Assembly (NCBI RefSeq): GCF_001194135.2
Contig: NC_069005.1
Span: 16,663,059 to 16,727,058, forward strand
Direction of reading: 5' to 3'
Length of the DNA: 64,000 nucleotides
From: Octopus bimaculoides
Taxonomy: Eukaryota
In this document: one piece after another, positions 54,767-63,564 of the stretch
How positions within the stretch are numbered: position 1 is the stretch's first letter
Layout: the number at the start of each line of letters is the position of its first letter
The notes under the pieces: model-generated
What the model saw: only the letters and a program-made list of their open reading frames with translations
Databases searched by the model: none
Told to the model about the DNA's origin: nothing
Program-made: the position numbers and the translations under genes

Positions 54767-57123
54767 TGATGTGTACATTTATTTTTAACATGGAAATTTA
54801 AATGCATTTGCTGCAGGATTTTTTTCTTTTTTTCTCAGTGAATACTTTTTATGTTTGAGTGTGTAAGCAAGGGAAATTATTAATGATGTATCTTGAACCT
54901 TACTGCTTCATATGCATATACTACACACACACAATAGTACCATTTTGTTAATCTAACATTACAGAAGCTGTTCTTTTTCTCACAGGGTTGTTGGTGGATT
55001 GGAAACTTTGAATAAAATGGAGAAGATTGAGACTGATGATAATGACAAACCTTTGGTAACTAGTATTTGTTTATCTGTCTTCAGATTATGCTGACTAATG
55101 ATCAGAATTGTTCCATATTTCTGGCTATGGTGTTTGATGTAACCATGGTTGGCCACCAGGGTTGCACACCATTGCTATGGTTTTGTTGTCATCCACTCAA
55201 TGCAAATAGCTGACAGGTGGATTAAAATTCAATATTCTCTTCATCTTTCTAGCAGCATTTTCCATTAGATAATAAACAAATGTTTCTTAAAGATAACACA
55301 CTCATTCAACAATATAAGACAAGTGTGGGTTATGTATGCTGGAGAAGGAGGCACAGTGATATGATGTGACTTCCCCACATAACTGCTGATGTATTGTAAG
55401 CAATTTCTTGTAAACTTGTCTTAAAATATTATATCTTGACTTGTTTTCAATATTTTATTATTAACAACAATTATTTTCCTAGCAAATTTATGCTTATCTG
55501 GTTCCCTAGCCTACAACACTCAACCACCCTTCTTTAATATGACTGCATTAGATGCAGGGCAATTTTTTAATACATATGCAAATAATATCTTATACATCTT
55601 TAACTATGGTATTTACAGGACCAAGTTCAATTCCATGAAACAGAACTTAGATATGTTGAGTAAACTTCTCAGAAAAGTGAAGGTTAAATGAAAATACTGC
55701 AATTTTAACCCTTTCATTACTGTATTTATTTTGAGGTGCTCTGTGTTTCTCCCAAGTATTTTAGATATAACAAAGAATTTTGTAAAATAACTTAGTTATC
55801 ATTTAAGCTAGTGTTAGGAACATTAATTGTGACTAAGGTTTGGTGGAAGATTTTAATTCAAAACTTATGAAAACAAGACAGTTGTACTACAGAGCCAGAG
55901 CCAGTTTCAACCAGGTTGGTAACAAAAGGGTTATTCCTTCAGAAATAGAGAAAAAAGGAATGTTACCAAACTCTCCAACTATATTTAGAAATTGAAAGAA
56001 ACCAGAATTAAATTTGACATGCACTGCAAAATTCTGGAACAATACAATCTGTACATAAATGGATCAAGAACCTGCAGCTTGTGTAATTTAGTAAATAAAT
56101 TCATATTCAGGAATCTCAAGCAACAACAATATTATTTAGATATTTGATCCAAGATTTTCAGTAAATGGAGGCTGTTCAAAAAATTTCTTTTAGCAAACTA
56201 TAAATTCAACATCACTAGATGAAAGTGAATTCACTATACCAACACATGGAAATATACACAAATTATTGTGAAAACATCTGATTGTAAACTTCAGGACTGA
56301 AGTAAATTCATTAATTTCACAGAAGTCAAAGCTTATGCAATAACATATTGATTCTACAAAATTGTATTTCATATTTCATGGGGGTTCTTAGTTTTGAAAT
56401 TCATCTGATGATTAATTGTTGTAGGAATAATTTTTGATACAGACATGAACTGTAGGTTAACTACTACTGTATCACATAGTAAATATTTCACTTTTTTACA
56501 TGTATTATTGTGTACTTATATGTTGTTTGTGACAACACTTGCAGCTTATTAATCTATATATATATATATATATATATATTATCTTTGATAGGAAGATATC
56601 ATAATTGAAGACACCATAGTGTTTGTTGATCCATTTAAAGAAGCTGAAGAACTGGTAAGCTTTCTTTCATGTATGTGTGTGTGTGTGTGTGTACAGCATC
56701 ATCATCTCTCCTGTTACAGTCATCAAAAGGCACTTAGTGACTGGAATAGTGCAAGAAAATATAATAAATAAGCCACTGCACAAATTAGCTGATGTGTTAT
56801 CAAAATAACCTGCCTTTTTATGTCACAAAACAAGCAAACAAGGCATTTGTAAAACACTATTTTGAGAAAGACCTGCAAAAGGTTAACTCATTGTCTGCTG
56901 TAGATTATGTCATGTTAACTTCTAGCAAAGATGGAAACTATCAATACTATGTTGTTCCTTCCTAATGGTTTCAGTTGAAGAAAGAACGAGAAGATGAGAT
57001 AAAGAAAGAAGAAGAGGAGAAAGCTAAACTGAAAAGTTGGAAAGTTGAGAAGAAAAGTAGTGAAGAGAACAACCTTGTAGCTTTTAAACAAGGAGTTGGG
57101 AAATATATCAACCCATCTGTTAT
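7106..57123 (+). CDS. PPIL2: PPIL2 (U-box E3 ligase/cyclophilin), partial multi-exon CDS: join(7106..7195,8704..8779,12141..12241,20673..20720,22191..22266,28514..28620,34363..34452,42266..42299,44533..44650,50441..50497,54986..55055,56592..56654,56975..57123); 5' and 3' exons not seen
   Basis: Spliced manually. All introns are GT-AG with compatible phases (0,1,0,0,1,0,0,1,2,2,0,0,2). The translation is colinear with PPIL2: [73 protein letters not shown]. Confidence 0.97.
7274..8480. mobile_element. Tc1/mariner-type non-autonomous element hosting a nested mariner
   Basis: TA|CAGATGTGTACC at left and GGCACACTTCTG|TA at right (imperfect TIRs, TA TSD). Confidence 0.6.
7528..8279 (-). mobile_element. 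Internally deleted mariner transposon
   Basis: TIRs TA|CAAGGCTCATTCCAGAAGTTTTGA and its complement TCAAAACTTCTGGAATGAATCTTG|TA; ORF 7614-7988 has [25 protein letters not shown]. Confidence 0.92.
8704..8779 (+). CDS. PPIL2: PPIL2 exon: [25 protein letters not shown]
   Basis: ccttttccag / gtaagc; matches the PPIL2 DP..KFN...F...KN.MK segment. Confidence 0.95.
9208..10305. repeat. Long fold-back (palindromic) element with a tandem, internally deleted second copy of the right arm
   Basis: ~9250-9565 is the reverse complement of ~9626-9950; 10062-10305 repeats the right arm and terminus with a deletion. Confidence 0.85.
11182..11997. mobile_element. Mariner derivative with two 5' ends (fold-back)
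   Basis: TA-flanked ends tgtggtctgatcaataagtatcc / ggatacttattgatcaaacctca; [18 protein letters not shown] on +, [57 protein letters not shown] on -. Confidence 0.9.
12141..12241 (+). CDS. PPIL2: PPIL2 exon: (E)[33 protein letters not shown]
   Basis: tctctttcag / gtctgt; phase 1 in, phase 0 out; matches the AKxDPxYxLK..TLxEL segment. Confidence 0.93.
13905..14060 (+). mobile_element. tRNA-headed SINE (family with many copies, e.g. 10845-11090, 13215-13430 (-), 19067-19440, 28850-29061, 43860-44050 (-), 52180-52280, 53990-54135, 57545-57690)
   Basis: Recurrent gtgtggtaagaagtttgcttcccaaccacatggtt..ggttcagtcccactgcgtggcaccttgggcaagtgtcttctactatagcc motif. Confidence 0.85.
14200..16000 (-). mobile_element. 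Penelope-like element relic: GIY-YIG endonuclease and 3' pseudo-LTR
   Basis: ORF 15318-15671: [50 protein letters not shown]; a 36-nt direct repeat (tgtttgatttctccatatctttcattgaaaagcctt) at ~14720 and ~15965 fits a partial tandem structure. Confidence 0.8.
17607..17883. mobile_element. MITE with ~75-bp TIRs and TTAA TSD (Kolobok-like)
   Basis: TTAA|AGGTCACAATACATG..CATATGTTGAGAGAAC..CATATTCTTCA versus the reverse complement at the right end ..ACCT|TTAA. Confidence 0.8.
17940..18265 (+). mobile_element. R4/Dong-like non-LTR retrotransposon fragment (post-RT region), runs into a gap
   Basis: [41 protein letters not shown]. Confidence 0.85.
19461..20578 (-). mobile_element. Candidate solo LTR (Gypsy type), 1118 bp
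   Basis: TGTTACG...CATAACA terminal inverted repeats; no coding capacity; no clear TSD. Confidence 0.65.
20673..20720 (+). CDS. PPIL2: PPIL2 exon: [16 protein letters not shown] (48 nt)
   Basis: catttcag / gtaagt; frame-preserving; ends in DKLN immediately before AHYSTG, as in PPIL2. Confidence 0.85.
22191..22266 (+). CDS. PPIL2: PPIL2 exon: [25 protein letters not shown]
   Basis: cttttttcag / gtatgt; hallmark AHYSTGxVxAxFTST motif. Confidence 0.97.
22600..23290 (-). mobile_element. R4/Dong-like reverse transcriptase fragment
   Basis: Minus strand reads [22 protein letters not shown] and YKYFGINEG, similar to R4-clade RT motifs. Confidence 0.75.
24066..24216 (+). mobile_element. Helitron Rep-domain fragment
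   Basis: [37 protein letters not shown] matches the Helitron N.PT..EVA..DI..RISE.H.SYD motif. Confidence 0.75.
24221..24303. repeat. Perfect inverted repeat, 36-bp arms, 11-nt loop
   Basis: cacaaagtatgatcagacatggagtgggatatgaca / cctggccatca / tgtcatatcccactccatgtctgatcatactttgtg. Confidence 0.97.
25945..27870. mobile_element. Penelope-like element with an inverted GIY-YIG copy at each end
   Basis: + strand RT: [55 protein letters not shown]; GIY-YIG region on - at 25945-26395 ([20 protein letters not shown]) and on + at ~27540-27870. Confidence 0.88.
28514..28620 (+). CDS. PPIL2: PPIL2 exon: (A)[35 protein letters not shown] (start of the cyclophilin domain)
   Basis: gtttgtag / gtgagg; KKKGYxRLxTNKGxLNLELHC motif. 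Confidence 0.97.
29062..31675 (+). mobile_element. Degenerate Ty3/Gypsy (Mag/K02A2.6-like) retrotransposon: 5' LTR 29062-29380, PBS ~29385, gag with zinc knuckles, RT, RNase H, integrase Zn region; 3'-truncated
   Basis: LTR TGTTATG..CGTAACA followed by tttTGGCAACAAG; [22 protein letters not shown]; [22 protein letters not shown]; YLDDILI; [22 protein letters not shown]; [16 protein letters not shown]. Confidence 0.92.
31678..32829 (+). mobile_element. Helitron 3' part (PIF1-like helicase fragment, terminal hairpin, CTAG)
   Basis: [27 protein letters not shown]; [43 protein letters not shown]; ccctggcaatgccggg..CTAG|T at 32826-32830. Confidence 0.93.
32967..33087. mobile_element. Short palindromic MITE-like hairpin (~52-bp arms)
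   Basis: aaagatttggctgctatttctagc..ctgctaccatgtaactggtatt versus aatacctgttacgtggtagcag..agaaatagcagtcccaaatcttt. Confidence 0.8.
34363..34452 (+). CDS. PPIL2: PPIL2 exon: [30 protein letters not shown]
   Basis: ccatttttag / gtaagt; contains the catalytic Arg (CypA R55 equivalent, CGG at 34432-34434). Confidence 0.97.
35250..35900 (+). mobile_element. R4/Dong-like retrotransposon fragment (post-RT, zinc-finger region)
   Basis: [43 protein letters not shown] resembles the R4 QEQEIxTKYLxxKR..RHD region. Confidence 0.65.
36344..39765 (-). mobile_element. Degenerate Ty3/Gypsy pol (protease, RT, RNase H, integrase) with a probable PPT and 3' LTR
   Basis: [118 protein letters not shown]; minus-strand ggtggggggca|TGTAG at ~36508. 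Confidence 0.92.
40235..40440 (+). mobile_element. Gypsy gag N-terminal fragment, opposite in orientation to the adjacent pol
   Basis: [43 protein letters not shown] resembles Gypsy gag WFxQLExxF..K..VxxLP..VxDLL..P..Y. Confidence 0.7.
41450..41789 (+). mobile_element. Non-autonomous Helitron 3' part
   Basis: cccgggcaatgccggg hairpin then CTAG|T at ~41786-41790; reverse complement of 52820-53160. Confidence 0.88.
42266..42299 (+). CDS. PPIL2: PPIL2 exon (34 nt): [11 protein letters not shown](G)
   Basis: atattttacag / gtttgt; cyclophilin IQGGDP motif. Confidence 0.96.
44192..44405. mobile_element. piggyBac-type MITE (~215 bp), right end degenerate
   Basis: TTAA|CCCCTTTGATAC..AATATGGTAACAAAACGG; right ~70 bp resemble the right end of the 58196-60659 element. 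Confidence 0.7.
44533..44650 (+). CDS. PPIL2: PPIL2 exon: [38 protein letters not shown](F)
   Basis: ttcttctcag / gtaagt; [15 protein letters not shown] motif. Confidence 0.97.
45313..45520 (+). mobile_element. tRNA-headed SINE inserted in the (GAT)n tail of an RTE-tailed SINE
   Basis: Pol III A box TGGCCCAGTGG and B box GGTTTCGATTCC, followed by a SINE body ending gcagtcaaatgactgaaacaagtaaaaga; the host tail resumes as gatgatgat. Confidence 0.75.
46010..46285 (+). mobile_element. piggyBac transposase fragment
   Basis: [34 protein letters not shown]. Confidence 0.85.
46310..48095 (+). mobile_element. Degenerate CRE-clade non-LTR retrotransposon (RT and restriction-like endonuclease)
   Basis: QLGVG..EGATHAA..VKLD; YMDDVTIGG; [41 protein letters not shown]; [15 protein letters not shown]; [10 protein letters not shown]. 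Confidence 0.85.
48270..48920 (-). mobile_element. Mutator-like (MULE) transposase fragment
   Basis: [29 protein letters not shown]; [28 protein letters not shown]. Confidence 0.9.
49060..50290 (+). mobile_element. RTE-clade LINE relic
   Basis: [26 protein letters not shown]; RGIKLL; [10 protein letters not shown]; [18 protein letters not shown]; [12 protein letters not shown]. Confidence 0.88.
50441..50497 (+). CDS. PPIL2: PPIL2 exon: [18 protein letters not shown](K)
   Basis: tcttttgcag / gtaaga; FITFRSCxxLDxKHxxFG motif. Confidence 0.97.
50695..50910. mobile_element. piggyBac-type MITE, 216 bp
   Basis: TTAA|CCCTTAAGCATTTAAAC...GCTGAATGCTAAAGGG|TTAA. Confidence 0.85.
51033..51670 (+). 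repeat. 42-bp minisatellite inside a SINE body, spanning a gap
   Basis: Unit gctgagttccttttgagtgttgggcctcacggaggcaaagta at 51033, 51075, 51117, 51159, 51201 and 51521, 51563, 51605, 51647. Confidence 0.95.
52820..53931 (-). mobile_element. Apparently complete non-autonomous Helitron with an internal telomere-like array
   Basis: On the minus strand A|TCCGTATATATATAAG...hairpin..CTAG|T; degenerate (CCCTAA)n at ~53160-53310; N gap inside. Confidence 0.85.
53160..53312. repeat. Interstitial telomere-like (TTAGGG)n/(CCCTAA)n array
   Basis: cctaaccctaaaccctaaccctaaccctaaaactgtaaccctaa... Confidence 0.92.
54986..55055 (+). CDS. PPIL2: PPIL2 exon: [23 protein letters not shown]
   Basis: tttctcacag / gtaact; VVGGxxxLxxME motif. 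Confidence 0.96.
55709..55930. mobile_element. piggyBac-type MITE, 222 bp
   Basis: TTAA|CCCTTTCATTAC...GTAACAAAAGGG|TTAT; the ends match those of the 58196-60659 element in inverted orientation. Confidence 0.85.
56592..56654 (+). CDS. PPIL2: PPIL2 exon: [21 protein letters not shown]
   Basis: ctttgatag / gtaagc; VFVDP(F/Y)xEA motif ends the cyclophilin domain. Confidence 0.95.
56975..57123 (+). CDS. PPIL2: PPIL2 exon: [49 protein letters not shown]; last exon found, further exon(s) expected
   Basis: ggtttcag / gtaagt; [11 protein letters not shown] C-terminal motif. Confidence 0.95.
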
Positions 57124-57341
57124 GTAAGTATACACTTTCATCATAATCATTTTATTCTTTTAATGTCCATGTTGCCATATTTGCAGTCAGACAGAATTTG
57201 TTGGGAGATTTTCTACAGCCATATGCCCTTTCTGTCATCAACTCTCACCTGGTTCCATAAGGTAATATTTCCCCATAGCCGTCACTGTATTATGATGACA
57301 CTCATTTACAACTATTACAAGATCTCAATACAAAGGGACAA

Positions 57342-57428
<87 letters not shown>

Positions 57429-57487
57429 GAGTGAGTAGACAAACAAAAGAAGGGCACTCAACACATTTATTGGGAGTTACATGTATG

Positions 57488-57519
<32 letters not shown>

Positions 57520-58195
57520 GAGAAAGAGAGAGAGAGAGAGAGATGACTATGTGGTTAAGAAGTTTGCTTTGCAACCACATTGTTTTGGGTTCAGTCTCAC
57601 TGTGTGACACCTTGAGCAAGTGTATTTTACTATAGCCTCAGGCCAACAAATTTCTTGTAAGTGAATTGGGAAACTGTAGAAACCTGTTACATCTCAAGTC
57701 AAAATTTGTAGACAAGAGTAGAATTGATAGTGTGAATTGTGAAATTAACTCTAATGATAATTTTCCTGAACTAGATTTCAATTCTTTAAGTAAAAATAAT
57801 TCTGACTGATAATGCAGTCAAGTTAACACTTAGTTTTAATATTAATTATAATAATAATAATAATAATCCTGCCGTAAGACCTAATTCTGAGAGGATGACT
57901 AGTAAGAATTCTTTTAACCATGAGTACCAAATATAAGTGAATAAATGCTTATGTAATTGTAAAAACAAAAGTTGTCTATCCATTGTAAATCAGTGTCTAA
58001 GGAAAAATATAGTATATCAATGTAAGATAAAAACAGGGGATCATAAGTATTATTACATAGGTTAATCTGTTCCAATTTGGAAATCTAGATTTCATAATCA
58101 TTCTAATTCATTTAAGTGTAGAAGAAAAGGTAATTCTACAAATCTTAGTAAGTGCATTTGGGATTTAAAAGATAGGAACATTACATATAATTTAA

Positions 58196-60659
58196 CCCTT
58201 TTGTTACAAAACTGCCCGAAGCCACCTGAGCAAAATTCTGGTTCATATGACCAAGGCACTCAAACCAGCCCATAATCACATATTCGTATTTAAATGAGAA
58301 TGTCAGCGCAAATTCCGTTGGTCCATTCATAAAAATACATGATTCCACTTTGTAAACAATTGAGTTAAAGTTTCCAACATCGATCAACGTGATATATTAA
58401 CTCTGCAGATTTTGGAAAAATGTTTTCCAAATTTTTAAAGTTTGTAATACTGACAAAAAATGGATACCTGTTTTATTCTGTCAAGCAGCGAGTCAAAATT
58501 TGAAGGATATTCAACTGAAGACCTTGAGAAATCTGCTAAATCTATAACTGAAAAAAAAACCATATGGTATTTGATAATGAATCCAATGTTTCATTTTCCA
58601 AAAGTGAAAGCTGTGATTCCAAAGAACTCCAATGACAGCAATAAAGAAAATGAATTTGCATCTGAATGGAGTAAGAATTTAAAAACTGTTTCTTTCAGTG
58701 ATTTCTGTGAAGAGACTGAACCAAGTTAGTCTTTTCCAGGAGAGAGAACCATTAGACTATTTCATTTTACTTATTTCTCTTAGCTTGTTTCAAATAATTA
58801 CAGTAGAAACAAAGCATTATACTGAATGTAAACAACACAAAAATAAGGATTGTTTGTGGTTTCCCACAATCTTAGATGAAATTAGAGCATATTTTACCAT
58901 AAATATTATTATGGGTGTTAGAAAGCCACCCAGAATTACAAATTACTGAAGTAGCGATGAAATATGTCTTAAGCATAATGACAAGGATATGGTTTCTAAA
59001 ATTAACGCAGTGTTTACATGTGAGAGACATGAGCAGCGAACCAGGTTTTGATGCCTTATTTAAAATAAGACCCCTCATTGACTGTGTTTAAAACACATAT
59101 AAAACATTTTACAAACCAGGGAAATATCTATCCATTAATAAGGGTATGGTGGGCTATAAAGGCCAAGTACGTTTTCGACAATATATGCTAGGAAAGCCCC
59201 AAAAATGTGAGATCAAAGTTTGGAAGATTTGCAAACTGAATTTTATACACGCAAAAGAGACAACTATATAAGCCAGCATGGTCTAGGGTATGATGTGGTC
59301 TGGAATTTATCACTTCCATACCATTATTTTTTGACTGGTTTTTCAGTGCGGTCAAACTTGCAGAAAATTTAGTTGCTGTGGCAACACAAGACTGCCATTG
59401 GATATAAAAAAAAGCAAAATATAAAAAAAGATGAAATAATTCAACAGCAGAAAAGAAATTTGCTAGCAACCGCATACAGAGATAAGAGGTAGATCAATTT
59501 TCTATCTACCTGTGCACAGCCACATATGGATGAAAATGGCACTCCATCTGTGAACCTTGATTATAACATGGGTGATGTAGATCGGCTGATTCAGATGACG
59601 TCTTATTATCCAGTTGGTAGACCGGGGAATAAATGGTGGCGATACCTGGCTTGGTATATAGTAAATATGAGTATTGTTAGTGTGTTTATACTATATACCA
59701 AATCAGGACTGGCTCGAAAGTGATGCAACCAGATGTAGCAATACAGTTGAGATCTGGTTATTCCTCAAAAAAAAAAAAAAAAAATGTAGGGAGGTAAAAC
59801 AAAGCCTGCAAGAGGGATATCCCTCTGAATTCAGCTGATCTCCATAAATTAGAAAAAAATCAAGGGTCACAAAAAGCAGTGTCACGAATGCCTTCATCAA
59901 AAAAGGAAAGCACCCAGTGGACGGTCTTTTGAAACAACTTTCCAATCTGGAATCTGCAAGGTTGCATTATGTAGAGCAGGGTGCTTTACAAGTTTTCATG
60001 ATAGAAATATTGTTTGATTTGTATATATGTGATTTGATTTTATAAATATTTTCAAATTTACTTCGTTTTTATTTTTCTTTATCTGTAATTTTAATTTACC
60101 TGTTATTTTAATTTACCTGTAAGGTGTGTGACGAATTTTAATTGATTTCTTTTGTAAATCATTATTGTATGTTTCTGTGTATTTATGTATGTAGGAGAGT
60201 TTATTTCATCTAGTTGATGGTGTTTGTATTTTATTTTCTTGTTTTCTACACAGACTAATTCCAGTATTTTGTTCTATTTATACCTTTATGGTACACCTGT
60301 CTTTTGTGTGTTTAAATTCAGCTGATAATGTGCACAATTCTTCTATAGTAAAATTTTGTTGTATACCCAATTGAATATTAACTAATAACCCATTTTCTAT
60401 AAGGGTGTTTGAACAAAATTTAAATAATTTTATATTTTGTTGAATTTACCTGTAATTAGAGTCACTTTGAGACAAAAATTTGGGAATAGTATTGGTTGAG
60501 AACCTTTCATTAAATTTTTTACCAAAAATCACAGTAATATGTTGATAAATAAAATGGTTAGAGTTGTTTAATGAAACCAGTCTAAATTTATGACTATTTT
60601 AGAAATTAATTGAAGCACATAAGGGGTGTATTTTGGTTAGGAATATGGTAATGAAAGGG
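58196..60659 (+). mobile_element. Full-extent but inactivated piggyBac transposon (2464 bp)
   Basis: TTAA|CCCTTTTGTTAC...GTAATGAAAGGG|TTAA; frameshifted transposase: EPLDYFILL..DEIRAYFTINIIMGV, YNMGDVDRLIQMTSYYPVGRPGNKWWRYLAWY, Cys-rich C-terminus. Confidence 0.93.
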
Positions 60660-61315
60660 TTAAAGTGGTCCATTATTAGTTGCGCACCATCATAAAATAT
60701 TGGCAATTCTAAATGTGATCTTTGGCCTTGAAGAAATGCAAATAACAGGTCATTAACAACAGGTGTCTTTCAACTAAGGACAAATTAAATTAAGCTGGCG
60801 TGTGTGGAAGTGAAGCCTTATGGCAGGGACATAAGAGATGACAGGCATGGGGAGGAATATAGATATTGCAGGGATGGTAGTCAAACCAAGAAAGAAAGGT
60901 TAGGCTTGGCCGAACACCGGTCACATGGAGAGAGATAGAGTCAAAGAGATAGAAGAATTAGGGAGGGATGAGAAAAAAGAAAAGAGTCAGAATGAAGTGA
61001 AAGAGGAGGGAAGGTGGGAATGAAGAGAAAGCCAGGAAATGTGAGAGAGGGGGAACAAAAGAAAGAAGAGTGGAAAGAATGAAGTAAGTGTGAAGGAGCT
61101 GATAGAAAGAAAGAAAGAATGAAAGAGTAAGAGAGTCGTACAAAATTTAGATAATCTGGAACTTGACTGAGGAAAGAAAACTCTAAATGACCCGTCCTTG
61201 TTTTTTCTCGTCCCTTTTTTGTATCATCTGTCTAGATGTTTTGTTGTCCCTTTTTTGTATCGTCTAGCTGTCTGGATGTTTTGCGTTCTTGCCCTAGATT
61301 TTGTATTCCTTTTTA

Positions 61316-63564
61316 TTGGGTTGGCAATTAAGTTCCTGCTGTATTTTTAAATTTCAATTTTCTTAAAGGTTTAGTAAAAAGTAACAACCAATTAATAATG
61401 TATTCACTCTTGTTGTTTACAACTTCTTCCCAACGTTCAGCAAGATTTTCAATACCTCGTTGGTAGAAATCACCTGATTTTGACTCGAAAAATTGATCCA
61501 ACCAAGCTCTCAATTCTGCATCAGTATTGAACAAAACTTCGCACATAGCATTTGAAAGAGATCAAAAGAGTCGGAAATCCGTTGGTGCCAAATCAGGAGA
61601 GTACGGCGGTGTGGCAACACTTCTCAGCCATACATTTGAATGGCTTCCTTGGTCATATTGGCAATATGATGGCAGGCGTTGTCATGCAGCAGAAGAACTC
61701 CATGCTGCCGATTAGGTCTTTTCTCTTGAATAGCCGTGTTGAGTTGTTTCATCTGTTGGTTCCGTTCAAGCAATTGGTAATGGATAATCCCTTCCCAGTC
61801 CCACCATACACACAACATCATTTTATGTGGATGAAGATCTTGTTTCACGCATGGTGTCACTTGTTTAACGAGGCTAAGCCATTCCTTACGCTGCTTCATA
61901 TTGATGTACTGGCACCATTTTTCATTGCCAGTAATGATTCGGTAAAGAAATCGTTGCTTGTATCCATGACTTGAGTGGTGACAAGTTTTATGTGTATACA
62001 AGGTCAGACACCAGTTTTTTTATGTTGGTTGTTTATCACAACAACAGGTCGTTGAAATGTGAGATATACTATATCTTTATTTATAATATTTTCATTCGTA
62101 AGTTATAACGAATATTATTGTTTATTAATTAAAAGCTATAATGATAATTTCGTTACTTATAACTTAATTATAAGTATCTATCACTAAGCATAACTCTTAG
62201 TTTAGTTTAGGCTGCGTAAATGTTATGATGTATACATGACAAGACGCTGAATGAGCGTTTATTATGTGCATGTATGTTGAAGATATAGATTATATTTTTT
62301 TGACCGTTACACATAAAAAAATACAGTTTCATTAATATACAGAAATAAATTCAACAAGTTGAAAGAAACGANNNNNNNNNNNNNNNNNNNNNNNNNNNNN
62401 NNNNNNNNNNNNNNNNNNNNNNNNNNNNNNNNNNNNNNNNNNNNNNNNNNNNNNNNNNNNNNNNNNNNNNNNNNNNNNNNNNNNNNNNNNNNNNNNNNNN
62501 NNNNNNNNNNNNNNNNNNNNNNNNNNNNNNNNNNNNNNNNNNNNNNNNNNNNNNNNNNNNNNNNNNNNNNNNNNNNNNNNNNNNNNNNNNNNNNNNNNNN
62601 NNNNNNNNNNNNNNNNNNNNNNNNNNNNNNNNNNNNNNNNNNNNNNNNNNNNNNNNNNNNNNNNNNNNNNNNNNNNNNNNNNNNNNNNNNNNNNNNNNNN
62701 NNNNNNNNNNNNNNNNNNNNNNNNNNNNNNNNNNNNNNNNNNNNNNNNNNNNNNNNNNNNNNNNNNNNNNNNNNNNNNNNNNNNNNNNNNNNNNNNNNNN
62801 NNNNNNNNNNNNNNNNNNNNNNNNNNNNNNNNNNNNNNNNNNNNNNNNNNNNNNNNNNNNNNNNNNNNNNNNNNNNNNNNNNNNNNNNNNNNNNNNNNNN
62901 NNNNNNNNNNNNNNNNNNNNNNNNNNNNNNNNNNNNNNNNNNNNNNNNNNNNNNNNNNNNNNNNNNNNNNNNNNNNNNNNNNNNNNNNNNNNNNNNNNNN
63001 NNNNNNNNNNNNNNNNNNNNNNNNNNNNNNNNNNNNNNNNNNNNNNNNNNNNNNNNNNNNNNNNNNNNNNNNNNNNNNNNNNNNNNNNNNNNNNNNNNNN
63101 NNNNNNNNNNNNNNNNNNNNNNNNNNNNNNNNNNNNNNNNNNNNNNNNNNNNNNNNNNNNNNNNNNNNNNNNNNNNNNNNNNNNNNNNNNNNNNNNNNNN
63201 NNNNNNNNNNNNNNNNNNNNNNNNNNNNNNNNNNNNNNNNNNNNNNNNNNNNNNNNNNNNNNNNNNNNNTTTTGAACTTGGCATACCAATCACGAGTGGT
63301 TCTTTCAGCTATGGCACCCTCTCCATACACAGCACAAATGTTGCGATCAGCTTTTGTGGCCTTAGAACCTTGATTAAAAGCAAAAAGAAGGAGGTGTCGA
63401 AAATGTTCGTTTTTTTTAACTTGACATTCCATTTTAATGATCTGAAAATTAACTAAAATTAACTAGAAAAAAGACAAAATAGATTCCAAAATGATTCAAA
63501 AATAGAATTCTTGAAAAAAATAGATTCCAAAATTTTAAAAAATGGCGGAAACTTAGTTGCCCAA
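61316..63564 (-). mobile_element. Mariner transposon relic interrupted by an AT-rich insert and a gap
   Basis: TIRs TA|TTGGGTTGGCAATTAAGTT and AACTTAGTTGCCCAA|TA; KNEHFRHLLLFAFNQG..ICAVYGEG..DWYAKFK; IITGNEKW..HPHKMMLCVWWDWEGIIHY..LLHDNA..H; FYQRGIENLAERWEEVV. Confidence 0.9.
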
